Below are positions 1 to 10,852 of a stretch of DNA of 64,000 nucleotides, one piece after another. The translations under genes were made by a program, and so were the position numbers. Below the pieces are notes generated by a model. That model did no database searches, had not been told where the DNA came from, and worked only from the letters and a program-made list of their open reading frames with translations. Within the stretch, counting starts at the first letter, position 1, and each line of letters begins with the position of its first letter. The DNA is from Nitrospirota bacterium. Lineage in GTDB: Bacteria > Nitrospirota > Nitrospiria > Nitrospirales > Nitrospiraceae. The stretch is from NCBI GenBank assembly GCA_963701855.1, contig CAVPBK010000004.1, positions 1 to 64,000 on the forward strand, given 5' to 3'.

Positions 1-433
1 AGAACACATTGCTGTGCTTTCTTAGAACAAGATATTCTCACCTAATTCTTGACACATACACGTACGTATCGAATTAATAATACTGATGTTATTTCAATAT
101 CTTACGATCAGTACATAATAATTAGGATGACATGTTCAAATCTTTTGAATTTGCCTGCTACACATACACTTGCCCCGCCTCACGCTTACCTGCAGTTTTG
201 GCACCTGAATACTTCAAGATACTTCAAGCTATTGTTTTGACCAATTAATTCGAGAACTTAAGAGCCGATCGATCGCCTGTGCTGACCGGGGCACTCCTCT
301 TGCTCACCCTCCCCACTGGCAGTGCATACCCGAACCAAGACGTACGTGATCGGATCGCCTGCCCTTCTTATGTAGAAATACGCTTCATTGATCCGTGCTA
401 GTGGCGGGTACTGAAATACGGAGGACCTAGACC

Positions 434-3400
434 ATGCGCCAAGCGATACACCAGCATCTCATCGTAACTTACGCGATCTCATTGGGACTCATAACAGCTT
501 GCACGTCACTGTTTCAGCCTATTCCCTCCGCCTCCGCCCAGCAGCTGACAGGGACTGTCAGCCAGGGAACCAACGGAACAGGCACTCAAGGGCGGCGCAT
601 CGAGAACATTGCCCCCACCCTGCTATACCCAACGAAATCCTTGGAGAAGAAGGACGCGCAAACTTTGACCCGCAAGCCGCACCGACTGATTCGAAAGCCA
701 CAGAACGCTCCCGTTGCGTCCGTCGAACCTTCTCCATCCGCCTCCTCACCTGTCAGCTCCGTGCCAACGCCTCTCCCGTCGTTACAAACCGGCAATACGA
801 CTTCTCAATCCAAGGAGCCGTCCTCGCTTAATAGAAGTGTCGGGGCAGCCGTACCTCTTGCGACCATGAGTGTCGCACCGTCGTCAGCGACAACCACGGG
901 ATCCATTGCAGCCGGCACAGCATCAACCGGAACCATCCCGCTGGCCGCTGCAGGTGCGGTAAACTCGTCTACCTCTGGAAGCGGACATGCCGGTGGGCGA
1001 ACGATGAGCAGATTAGCTGCGGAGATGCCGGGGTTGGCACAATTGATGTCGCCGCCTTCGGCCCCGGTTGTTTCAGTCAATCCCGAGATCGGAACGAGTC
1101 CGACCAGTCTGTCCTTTACGGCCCAGCAAGGGGGCAGCAATCCCGCCGCCCAGACCCTCAGTATCAGCAACACCGGCGGCGGCACGCTCAGCTGGTCAGG
1201 CAGCGACAATGCGGCCTGGTTGACCCTCTCGCCGGCCTCGGGCACCGGCAACGGCGCAGTCACGCTGCCGTGAGCGACCGGCACCTTGACGGCGGTAGCT
1301 ATAGCGGCGCAGTGACGACTCAGCGCCACCGGGGCTTCTCCTGTCACTGTGCCCGTGACGTTCACCGTCACCGCAGCTCCCGTCCCCCCTGCCATCGGCG
1401 CGAGTCCGACCGCGCTCTCCTTTACCGCCACGCAGGGTGGCACCAACCCCGCGGCCCAGACCCTCAGCATCAGCAACACCGGCGGCGGCACCCTCACCTG
1501 GACCGCCAGCGACAATGCGGCCGTGGTTGACCCTCTCACCCGCCTCGCGGCACCGGCAATGGCAGCGTGACGCTGACGGCCACGACCGGCACCTTGCCCG
1601 TCGGGCAGCAATAGCGGCGACAGTGACGCTTAGTGGCGGCACCGGGGTCTACCCCCGTCATCGTCCCCGTCACCTTCACGGTCACCGCGGCCCCCGTCCC
1701 CCCGGCCATCGGCGCGAGTCCGACCGCGCTCTCCTTTACCGCCACGCAGGGCGGCACCAACCCCGCGCCCAGACCCTCAGTATCAGCAACACCGGCGGCG
1801 GCACCCTCACCTGGACCGCCAGCGACAAGCGGCCGTGGTTGACGCTCTCACCCGCCTCGCGGCACCGGCAACGGCGCGTGACGCTGACGGCAGCACCGGC
1901 ACCTTGACCGTCGGGCAGCTATAGCGGCGACGGTGACGCTGAGTGGCGGCACCGGGGTCTACCCCCGTCACCGTCCCCGTCACCTTCACCGTCACCGCGG
2001 CCCCCGTGCCGCCCGCCATCGGGGCGAGTCCGACCGCGCTCTCCTTTACCGCCACGCAGGGCGGCACCAACCCCGCGCCTCAGACCCTCAGCATCAGCAA
2101 CACCGGCGGCGGCACCTTCACCTGGACCGCCAGCGACAATGCGGCCGTGGTTGACGCTCTCACCCGCCTCGCGGCACCGGCAACGGCGCGTCACGCTGAC
2201 AGTGCAGCGACCGGCACCTTGCCCGTCGGGCAGCTATAGCGGCGCGGTGACGCTCATGCGGCACCGGGGCTACCCCCGTCACCGTCCCCGTCACCTTCAC
2301 CGTCACCGCAGCGCCGGTACCGCCCGGCCATCGGGGCGAGTCCGACCGCGCTCTCCTTTACCGCCACGCAGGGCGGCGCCAACCCCGCGGCCCAGACCCT
2401 CAGCATCAGCAACACCGGCGGCGGCACCTTCACCTGGACCGCCAGCGACAACGCCGCGTGGTTGACGCTCTCACCCGCCTCGCGGCACCGGCAATGGCGC
2501 GTGACGCTGACGTGCACGCACCGGCACCTTGACGGTCGGCAGCTATAGCGGCGCGGTGACGCATGAGCGCCACCGGGGCCTCCCCGGTCACCGTCCCCGT
2601 CACCTTCACCGTCACCGCAGCGCCCGTCCCGCCCGCCATCGGGGCGAGTCCGACCGCGCTCTCCTTTACCGCCACGCAGGGCGGCGCAAACCCCGCGGCC
2701 CAGACCCTCAGCATCAGCAACACCGGCGGCGGCACCCTCACCTGGTCCGCCAGCGACAATGCGGCCTGGTTGACCCTCTCACCCGCCTCGGGGACCGGCA
2801 ACGGCGCGGTCACGCTGAGTGCAAGCACCGGCACCTTGACGGCCGGGAGCTATAGTGGCGCGGTGACGATGAGTGCCACCGGGGCCTCCCCGGTCACCGT
2901 GCCCGTGACGTTCACCGTCACCGCAGCGCCCGTCCCGCCCGCCATCGGCGCGAGTCCGACCAGTCTGTCCTTTACCGCCCGCAGGGCGGCGCAAACCCCG
3001 CGGCCCAGACCCTGAGTATCAGCAACACGGGCGGCGGAACTTTGAACTGGAGCGCGAGCCCCAACAGCACCTGGCTGGCAGTCTCCCCTGCCTCTGCTGC
3101 AGGGAATGGCGCCGCAACCGTGAGCGTAACTACGGGGATCCTGACGGCGGGTAGCTATACCGGGAATATCAACCTGAGCGCGACCGGAGCTTCGAGCATA
3201 ACCGTCCCCGTGACGTTCACGGTCACAGCAGCCCCAACTATCAGTCTAAACCCATCAAGTCTTAATTACACAGCTACGCAGGGAGCCGCAAACCCGGCAA
3301 ACCAGACTGTTTCTTTGACGAATACCGGCGGAACATTAAACTGGACCGTAAGCGATAGCGCCTCATGGTTGAGCGTCAGTCCTGCATCTGGAAGCAGCAG

Positions 3401-3773
3401 CAGTACCTTAACCACCGCTGTGAATACGTCAGGACTTGCCGCTGGAACCTACAACGGCACCATCACAGTCAGTGCGACGGGATCTTCATCGAAAACGGTA
3501 GCTGTCACACTGACGGTCAGTGCTCCAACGACCTCGTCCGTCACGTTGACATGGACTCCAAACACAGATGCCGACTTGGCTGGTTACAAAATTTATGAAG
3601 CAACAGCATCCGGCGCCTATGGCGCTGCCTTGGCCACAGTCCCGGCGGGAACAGTCACCTATCAGGCGACGGGGCTCGCGGCGAACACAACGTACTTCTT
3701 TGTCATCACTGCCTACGATAGTGCGGGCAATGAAAGTCCATTTTCAAATGAAGTAAGCAAAAGCATTTTTTAA
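434..3773 (+). CDS. Secreted BACON-repeat (Ig-like) protein with C-terminal fibronectin type III domain; frameshifted many times within the repeat array as assembled
   Basis: RBS GGAGG then ATG at 434; signal peptide (..ASAQQ), long S/T/P-rich linker; ~102-aa repeats SPTALSFTATQGGxNPAAQTLSISNTGGGTLxW..WLTLSPASGTGNG split over ORFs 434-1273, 1349-1570, 1633-1842, 1943-2239, 2563-3015, 3042-3773; FN3 motif LTW..DLAGYKIY..GL..NTTYFFVITAYD.AGNES at the end. Confidence 0.85.
1082..3233 (+). repeat. Seven tandem ~306-314 bp GC-rich coding repeats (BACON units), followed by one diverged unit
   Basis: Unit starts at about 1082, 1388, 1702, 2012, 2324, 2632, 2938 (spacing 306, 314, 310, 312, 308, 306); diverged unit from ~3234. 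Confidence 0.9.
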
Positions 3774-3950
3774 CTTTCATTGAGGCTGTTAACGGAAGAT
3801 TGCGCGATGAAGGTCTGGCCGTGCACCACTTCACGTCCCCCGCTGAGGGACAGACGAAGAATGAAGCGTGGCGGCGTGAGGAGATGCAGCACCGGTGCTA
3901 GCTGGGGATGCGCGTCTCGGCCATCCGACGCCGAATAGAAAGTATGCAAA

Positions 3951-6251
3951 CTAAACAGCTGTTCGACGTTCTAAGGCAGCATATTCTGTCATGTAGTACG
4001 GAAGCGACTGCATCGGCACGCAATTGAGGATCACGTGAATGGGATTCGATGCTCGCAGCGAGTCGAGTGCCCGCTTGACGACTAGCTGCGACGTCAAATT
4101 CGCTCTCACCACGAGAAGGAGGAGATCAGTGTGTCTTTCCAGCACATTCATTGTGGCCACGGGAAGGATCGGTGGGGCATTAATCAGGATATAATCAAAT
4201 TTCTCGCGTAACTCTGACAGAACACGTTCGAGCGGACCTGTCTTTAGCAGCTCGGTGGAACCAAGCCCAAAGTCACCCGCCGGCATGATCCAGCAGGGGA
4301 TATCGGTAAAGGAGGTCATCGCCTCCTCCACGGGAATGTTGTCCCTGAAGCAATCAACCAGCCCGTATTTGGCCGGTGTTTCGGAGAAGTACTGCAGTTC
4401 GGGGAAGACGAAATCGCAATCGAGCAGAAGCACTCGCTTTCCGAAATCTCGTGCGAGAGTATAGCCTAGATTAATTACAGTTGTCGTTTTCCCTTCGCCT
4501 TTGATCGCACTCGTGACAGCCACAACCCTCGAACTTGCGTTAGTGTTGAGGAGTTGTACCCTCGCGGCTGCTACACGATACTGTTCAGCAGCCATGGAGT
4601 GCGGAAAAAACTTCGCCACGAACCTCTTCTCGTATCGAAAGCCATTCTGTGGCTGCCCCTGCGGCCGTCTTGCCTTTGTGATTTCCAATTGGGGCTCCAC
4701 AGTCCCTCCGAGGGATCGTTTCTGTAGATTGGAGTTCGGGAAATAACCCTCGCCTTTCCTTGGGCTCCACAGAAATGAGAAGTCTGGAATTGCCGCCAAT
4801 AACTGAGGGCCCATCAGAAGGTCCACGTCTTCCGGCCCGCGGAACTGGGGGGTGAGTCGCTCGCGCATTATCGACAACCCTGCACCCAAAACACAGCCGA
4901 ACAACAATCCCAACATGAAGACTCTCGGCCTGTTCGGTATGATAGGCGCTCGTGGCAACCTGGCCGGCTCCAGTATGCGGAACTTTCCATTCTTCTTCTG
5001 TTTTGCCATATTTTCCGCTACTCGCGCATGCAACCGCTTATCCAGCAACGTGGCGTAGTTGGCCTTCATACTGCCATAGTCACGCTCGAGAACCAGCAAA
5101 TCCTGTTCAACTTCATGAGACCTCTCCACATGTCTTTCATGACTTTTCCGGCTAGCATTCAAGGTCTCCAGGCGTTGTTTGGAAAGACTCAATTCACTTT
5201 TTTCCTCGCTCTCTTGTTTCACAAGATCCTGGAGGTAGGGATCGAGTGGTTTTTTGTCTGGCTTGATCGAGTCGGGACCATACAATTCGACCAATTGCTC
5301 CTCGACATGCCGCAGCTCTTCCTTGGTCAGGATGACTTCGGGGTACTCGTCCCTGAATTCCGCCTTGAGTTTGGTCTGTTTGTCCCTTAACTCCTTTAAT
5401 CGAGCAAAAAGTGGTTCAGGCTCCATCGAACCAGACATGAACGCACGATTTTGCCGCCCGTAGAGGCGATACTCCTGCATCGCTTTCTCCACCATCGCCA
5501 GCCGATCGGAATGTCGCTGAATATTTTCGTTAACTGAATTGATCTCACCTTCTAATTTATCCAACGAGCGGAAGCTGGTATCCATATGTTGCGGAAGCTC
5601 ACCCACGTGTACTTTCTTAAATGCAGTAAGCTGCTCCTCCTTACTCTCCAGTTCTAGCTTTATCCTCGTCAACTCGTCCTCGAAAAACTTCAATGCGCCC
5701 TCAGCATCATCCGCACGCTCCTGTGTGTTCTCCTCAATGAATTTTTCCGCGATCCGTGCGGTCACCTGCAGAGCAGTCCTCGGATCTTGATGCATGAAAG
5801 ACACAGTAAAGCCTTCGATCGGGGTTACGATTTGGTCCCCCTTGATCCTCTCGACCTTGATCGCGCCGGCCAATGCCTGGACATAGGCGAAAGCCTCACC
5901 GCCTTCTTCAAGTTCCTTGGGATACAGACTGAGCTCGCTGACAATCTCTCCCAAAAATTTCTGACTCACGATCTGCCGCTGGATGACAAAGAGGCGCTGT
6001 TCGAAATTTCGCTCTCCTGATTCCTGAACGACGTTCTCAAGTAGCTTTTGTTCCTCCGCAACAATCAACGTTTCTGACTGATAGTACTGCGGTGCGATGA
6101 GACAGTAACTCCATGCCAATGCCGCGGAAAGAGTGACACACCCCAGGATAAGCCATTTGCTTCGCCATGCGATTCCCACATACTCCTGTATCATGGCCGT
6201 CCCTGATTGACCCACTGGGGAAGTCTCTTTCATAATATTCATTGTTTCCAA
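3951..6251 (-). CDS. wzc: Wzc-type polysaccharide co-polymerase / tyrosine autokinase (Wzz domain, coiled coil, CpsD/CapB kinase domain)
   Basis: Two TM segments flanking a coiled-coil periplasmic region; AEQYR motif; Walker A SAIKGEGKTT; LLLDCD; C-terminal tyrosines. Confidence 0.85.
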   Translation of the reverse strand: METMNIMKETSPVGQSGTAMIQEYVGIAWRSKWLILGCVTLSAALAWSYCLIAPQYYQSETLIVAEEQKLLENVVQESGERNFEQRLFVIQRQIVSQKFLGEIVSELSLYPKELEEGGEAFAYVQALAGAIKVERIKGDQIVTPIEGFTVSFMHQDPRTALQVTARIAEKFIEENTQERADDAEGALKFFEDELTRIKLELESKEEQLTAFKKVHVGELPQHMDTSFRSLDKLEGEINSVNENIQRHSDRLAMVEKAMQEYRLYGRQNRAFMSGSMEPEPLFARLKELRDKQTKLKAEFRDEYPEVILTKEELRHVEEQLVELYGPDSIKPDKKPLDPYLQDLVKQESEEKSELSLSKQRLETLNASRKSHERHVERSHEVEQDLLVLERDYGSMKANYATLLDKRLHARVAENMAKQKKNGKFRILEPARLPRAPIIPNRPRVFMLGLLFGCVLGAGLSIMRERLTPQFRGPEDVDLLMGPQLLAAIPDFSFLWSPRKGEGYFPNSNLQKRSLGGTVEPQLEITKARRPQGQPQNGFRYEKRFVAKFFPHSMAAEQYRVAAARVQLLNTNASSRVVAVTSAIKGEGKTTTVINLGYTLARDFGKRVLLLDCDFVFPELQYFSETPAKYGLVDCFRDNIPVEEAMTSFTDIPCWIMPAGDFGLGSTELLKTGPLERVLSELREKFDYILINAPPILPVATMNVLERHTDLLLLVVRANLTSQLVVKRALDSLRASNPIHVILNCVPMQSLPYYMTEYAALERRTAV

Positions 6252-6543
6252 TTGAACTTGAACATTCCTCGTAGCTTGCTAGGGATACGCCTCTTCCAAG
6301 AACTCTCCGGATTTGAACTCTGTGATACCCCGCAGATTGCTACGGGGAGTTTCATTCTCCAATCGGCTGAATACTATTCCGTCAGCGACAAGAAAGTCTT
6401 CGAAGGAATCGGATCTGCTCTGAAACCTCAGGGCTTACTCACCAGCTCGCACGATGCGCACTGTTCCCTTGTTGTTCTAGACATGCGGCCGATTGAATTT
6501 CCACCGTGCTGCGGAAACATTATTGTGGCACGTCAGCGATTCA

Positions 6544-9102
6544 CTAGCCAACAACCTCTTCGTTGACAACATCTGAGTCACTTGGCATGATCGAAGTCTC
6601 CGAATCAGAAGAACAACGGAAGGTAGGAACAATCTCCTTTAGTCGTTCGATGATCACACTGGACTTGTCGAGATAGGCTGCTGCTTCCAAGGCAATCAGC
6701 TTTTCTTTGAACCCTTCAAGACTGGACTGGCTTGCGACTCGAATCTGTAGAATCTTGTCCAGAGATGAGGATACAGCAACCTCGCCTTCGCCAACTAATT
6801 CCTCATAAAGTTTTTCCCCCGCTCGGAGCCCGACGAATCGAATGGGAATGTCCTTCCCGGGAACGAAACCGGACAACCTGATAAGGTTTCTGGCCAAGCT
6901 TAAGACCTTGATCTGCTCTCCCATGTCCAGAATGTAGATTCCGCCTTGTTCGCCAATGGTCGCAGCCTGAAGAACTAACTGAACAGCCTCAGGAATAAGC
7001 ATGAAATATCGTGTGATGTCCGGGTGAGTGACCGTCACCGGCCCACCCGCCTTGATTTGTTCCTGGAAGCGTAGCAGAACACTTCCACTACTACCAAGGA
7101 CATTGCCAAATCGCACGATACGGAAACGTGTCAGACTGGTCCGCGCAATATCCTGAATGATGAGCTCGGCCACCCGTTTAGTCGCCCCCATAACACTCGA
7201 CGGGTTGACCGCCTTGTCAGTTGAGATTTGGACAAACTGTTCAACCCCGTATCTGCTCGCAGCCTCGGCGAGAATGCGCGTACCTATACAGTTGTTCTTC
7301 AGAGCTTCGGCAGGATTGAGTTCCACAAGAGGAACGTGTTTGTGGGCAGCCGCATGAAACAGGATCTGAGGCCTATGCTCCTCCAAGACCATGTTGAGTC
7401 GATGGGCATCGGTGACATCCCCGATGATCGGGATCACACAAAAAGAAAGCCCTTGGTCTTCCAGTTCTTTATGAATGGTATACAGACTGTTTTCGTGGCG
7501 CTCATAGAGCAAGAGAGCATGAGGTTCCAACAAACTGATCTGACGAGCTAATTCAGAGCCGATCGAGCCACCAGCACCGGTGATCAACACACTTTTACCC
7601 TTGACCATGAGCTTTGTTGCTTCAATGGTGGCCATATTCACGGGTACTCGCGGCAACAGGTCTGTCACAGAGACATTACGAATTTGACTCACCGTACTCT
7701 CGTCGGCCAGAAACTCTTTTACGCTCGGCAATGTTTTGATCGAGACCTCGTAAGGCTCCAATTGGCTGATAAGGCCCCTCAGGAAATCGGGCGTCGCATC
7801 GGGCACCGCAATCACGACCTCTTCGGGCTTATGCTTCTCCACCAGCTTTGGGAGATCCCCCAAAGTACCTAAGACCTTCACGCCGTGGATACGTTGATTG
7901 AGAAGGGATACCTGGTCGTCGACAAATCCAATTGGCTGGCGATGATATTCGGGCCGAGTTTTCATCTCACGCACGACTCGTTCTCCCGAGTTGCCGGCAC
8001 CGACCACAAGAACCTTCTTTTTCTTTCGATAAATGACTGCCTCACGAAAGATTCTCATGGGCAGCCTCACCCCTGCGAGAAACCCAATAAGCAGGACACT
8101 GTCGATCACAAAGACAGTGCGGGGATAATCGTTGATGCCCAAAGCCCAATACACCAAGCCATAGAACACGAGTGTGCTCGTTAAGACTCCACCCACAATG
8201 TTGTGGAGATCCCAAATGCTTGTATACCTCCGTCGACTTTCATGGAGTCCAAATACGGCGAATGCCACTCCCCGAATCACAACGAGCCAGAGCACAGTGT
8301 GCTGGAATGTCCCGATTTCCTCTGATGGAATGTGCCCGTCAAACCTCAAGGCAAACGCGACGTAGTTAGCCAGAATTATCATGGCCACATCAAGCGCGAC
8401 GATGATAGGTCTCCGCCACCTATTAATCAATGACGAGACGCGCACCCACGGGGAAACCGATGGAGACTGACGGGTGGCCTTTAAATCAGGGAGTTCACAG
8501 ACCACAACTGACGAGTTAACGATTCGCAACAGCGTTTGAACGATAATGGCGAAATCGAGCCGAAGGGACGCATGATGAACATACAGCTTCGCCAATCGGA
8601 GCTTTTCTGGAAGAACTTCGTTTCGATATTCTTCTTCAGGATTCTTGGAACACGCAAGGAGCCCTGATTCGTCGATGTACTTCAACGACGCCAGGTCGGT
8701 GATTCCCGGGCGAACGACGAGTATCTCGGAAAACTCTGAACGCATTGGCTCAACGTAACGAGGAACTTCTGGCCTTGGGCCTACAAGGCTCATGTCACCC
8801 ACAAGCACGTTCACCAGCTGCGGCAATTCGTCAAGTTTGAACTTCCGCAAGATTCGGCCCACCCTCGTCACACGGACATCCTGCCCAACGGTGAGAGGCA
8901 GACCCTGGCTTGGAGCTTCCGCAACCATGGTTCTGAATTTGTATATCCTGAATGGGCGGAATCCTTTCCCGACGCGCACTTGGCTGAAGATCACCGGCCC
9001 ACGCGAGAAAACCTTGACCAGAACCGAGATGATCACGAGAATCGGCAACGTGATGAGCAACCCTAGAGTGGATGCGCCGATATCAAATGCGCGCTTCTTC
9101 AT
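6544..9102 (-). CDS. Fusion of monotopic phosphoglycosyltransferase (PglC-like) and CapD/PglF-like NDP-sugar 4,6-dehydratase
   Basis: N-term KRAFD..KFRTM..KLDELPQLVNVLVGDMSLVGPRP; C-term ITGAGGSIGSEL, HAAAHKHVP, STDKAVNP..MGATKR, RFGNVLGS. Confidence 0.9.
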   Translation of the reverse strand: MKKRAFDIGASTLGLLITLPILVIISVLVKVFSRGPVIFSQVRVGKGFRPFRIYKFRTMVAEAPSQGLPLTVGQDVRVTRVGRILRKFKLDELPQLVNVLVGDMSLVGPRPEVPRYVEPMRSEFSEILVVRPGITDLASLKYIDESGLLACSKNPEEEYRNEVLPEKLRLAKLYVHHASLRLDFAIIVQTLLRIVNSSVVVCELPDLKATRQSPSVSPWVRVSSLINRWRRPIIVALDVAMIILANYVAFALRFDGHIPSEEIGTFQHTVLWLVVIRGVAFAVFGLHESRRRYTSIWDLHNIVGGVLTSTLVFYGLVYWALGINDYPRTVFVIDSVLLIGFLAGVRLPMRIFREAVIYRKKKKVLVVGAGNSGERVVREMKTRPEYHRQPIGFVDDQVSLLNQRIHGVKVLGTLGDLPKLVEKHKPEEVVIAVPDATPDFLRGLISQLEPYEVSIKTLPSVKEFLADESTVSQIRNVSVTDLLPRVPVNMATIEATKLMVKGKSVLITGAGGSIGSELARQISLLEPHALLLYERHENSLYTIHKELEDQGLSFCVIPIIGDVTDAHRLNMVLEEHRPQILFHAAAHKHVPLVELNPAEALKNNCIGTRILAEAASRYGVEQFVQISTDKAVNPSSVMGATKRVAELIIQDIARTSLTRFRIVRFGNVLGSSGSVLLRFQEQIKAGGPVTVTHPDITRYFMLIPEAVQLVLQAATIGEQGGIYILDMGEQIKVLSLARNLIRLSGFVPGKDIPIRFVGLRAGEKLYEELVGEGEVAVSSSLDKILQIRVASQSSLEGFKEKLIALEAAAYLDKSSVIIERLKEIVPTFRCSSDSETSIMPSDSDVVNEEVVG

Positions 9103-10256
9103 CGTCGGTTTTCCTTAACGAGGTTACGCACCGTGTCAATGACACGATTAACATCGGCTTCTGTCATCTTGGAATACAACGGCAGTGAAAGAATGCGCTG
9201 AAACACCATATTGGAAACCGGAAGATCGTTTGGTTGGTAGCCATACATGTCCCGGTAATAGGGATGAATATGCAGGGGAATGAAATGCACACTGCACCCA
9301 ATACCGGCTTTCTGCAGTTGACTGATAAACTCGTTGCGAGTGATGCGTAACCGATCCAGGTCCAGTTGAATGACGTACAGGTGCCAGGCATGTTGCACGT
9401 GGGACGCGGCTTGCGGACAAATAATTTCCGGCAGATCTCGAAAGCCCTCGTGATAGAGCGTGGCGTACTGCTCGCGCGCCTTCCAGAATCGATCGCACTT
9501 TTTGAGTTGAGCCAGACCCAGTGCCGCACCAATGTCAGTGAGATTGTATTTGAACCCTGGTGAAAGGATTTCGTAATACCATGAGCCCTCCGCGGAATAT
9601 CGGTTCCAGGCATCCCGACTCAGGCCGTGCAAACTCATCATCCGAATGCGAGCAGCCCACTCGGCATTATTCGTGGTAACCATCCCCCCTTCGCCGGTTG
9701 TGATGCTCTTCGTCGCGTAGAACGAAAAACACGTGCTGTCGGCGATGCCCCCTATCATCTTCCCTTTATATCGCGCAGGGAGCGCGTGGGCGGCATCTTC
9801 TATAACGTGGAGGCCACGGGCACGAGCGATAGACTGGATTCGATCCATATCGCAGGGTTGACCGGCAAAATGGGCAGGAATGATCGCCTTTGTCTTATCT
9901 GTGATGGCCTCTTCAATCCGATCTGGGTCCAGATTCAGCGTGTCTTGCTCACAATCAATAAGAATAGGCTTTGCCTTGAAGTAGGTGACAACTTCTGCGG
10001 TTGCAGCAAAGGTCATCGTCGGGACAAGCACCTCATCTCCTTCACGCAGTCCGGCCGCTTCTAGGGCAAGATGCAGCGCCGCCGTGCAGGAATTGACCGC
10101 AACAGCATGTTGGGTACCGACCATCGCGGCGAATTCCCGCTCGAATTCCTTCACTTTTGGTCCGGTCGTCAGCCAACCAGAACGAAGGACATCGACGACC
10201 CCTGCGATCTCTTCATCACCCACATCAGCCTTATTAAATGGGAGAAAGCTTTCCAT
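9099..10256 (-). CDS. DegT/DnrJ/EryC1/StrS family PLP-dependent sugar aminotransferase
   Basis: SGWLTTGP, VNSCTAALHLAL, EDAAHA, SFYATKSITTGEGG; start set at ATG 10256; stop overlaps next start. Confidence 0.93.
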   Translation of the reverse strand: MESFLPFNKADVGDEEIAGVVDVLRSGWLTTGPKVKEFEREFAAMVGTQHAVAVNSCTAALHLALEAAGLREGDEVLVPTMTFAATAEVVTYFKAKPILIDCEQDTLNLDPDRIEEAITDKTKAIIPAHFAGQPCDMDRIQSIARARGLHVIEDAAHALPARYKGKMIGGIADSTCFSFYATKSITTGEGGMVTTNNAEWAARIRMMSLHGLSRDAWNRYSAEGSWYYEILSPGFKYNLTDIGAALGLAQLKKCDRFWKAREQYATLYHEGFRDLPEIICPQAASHVQHAWHLYVIQLDLDRLRITRNEFISQLQKAGIGCSVHFIPLHIHPYYRDMYGYQPNDLPVSNMVFQRILSLPLYSKMTEADVNRVIDTVRNLVKENRR

Positions 10257-10852
10257 TATCAGATGCCCTCCACATGTTGACAGCACTTGCGCCTATAGGC
10301 TGCTGAGTTTGCCACAACTAAGAATTAGAACAATCCATCTTTAGAGGGGGGGCCAATACCCCAATTGGCGCAAGTGAACAGTAGCCGGAAGGGCGATAAG
10401 TAAAAGATTCTTGCGCCGAATTACTTACTGCCAACCAACGCAAAAGAGATTACCGCCATCAGCGAGACAAGAAACGTACCTATCATAGGAGGCTGTCCGA
10501 GATTGCTTCGTAACAGCTATAGAGGCGAATGTAGCCATCATAATAGCCAAGATAGCCAAGCAGAATACGCATAAAATGCGATATTTCAATTAGTTATGCG
10601 TTGCGCCTGGCTATCAACGCAAGTATACCGTTCGCTTGCAGACACATTACCTAGTAATCACCCTAGAAGTCCTGTTGGCGACCTCTGCCGCCAGACGGGG
10701 TGAATGACGGTTCGTTCTTGAGCCCCCCCTCTCTTCCGCCACTTCCACGGCGGCACCGGCTTCGGGTCTTGCGACAAGCCATGCGTGACTTGCCGTGCTT
10801 CCTCTTTCAAAGCTCCTAAACTCTTATTGGCTTTTTGCTCGCTCCTCCGGTT

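Noticed and set aside
805..2994. Minus-strand ORFs over the repeat array
   Set aside because: Antisense shadows of the GC-rich BACON gene
1082..3233. CRISPR array or diversity-generating retroelement
   Set aside because: Repeats are ~306-bp coding units without spacers; differences are not adenine-specific; no cas or reverse transcriptase in window
3780..3950. ncRNA or tRNA between the BACON gene and wzc
   Set aside because: Only a short GTCCCC/GGGGAC stem; no tRNA arms or recognisable RNA family
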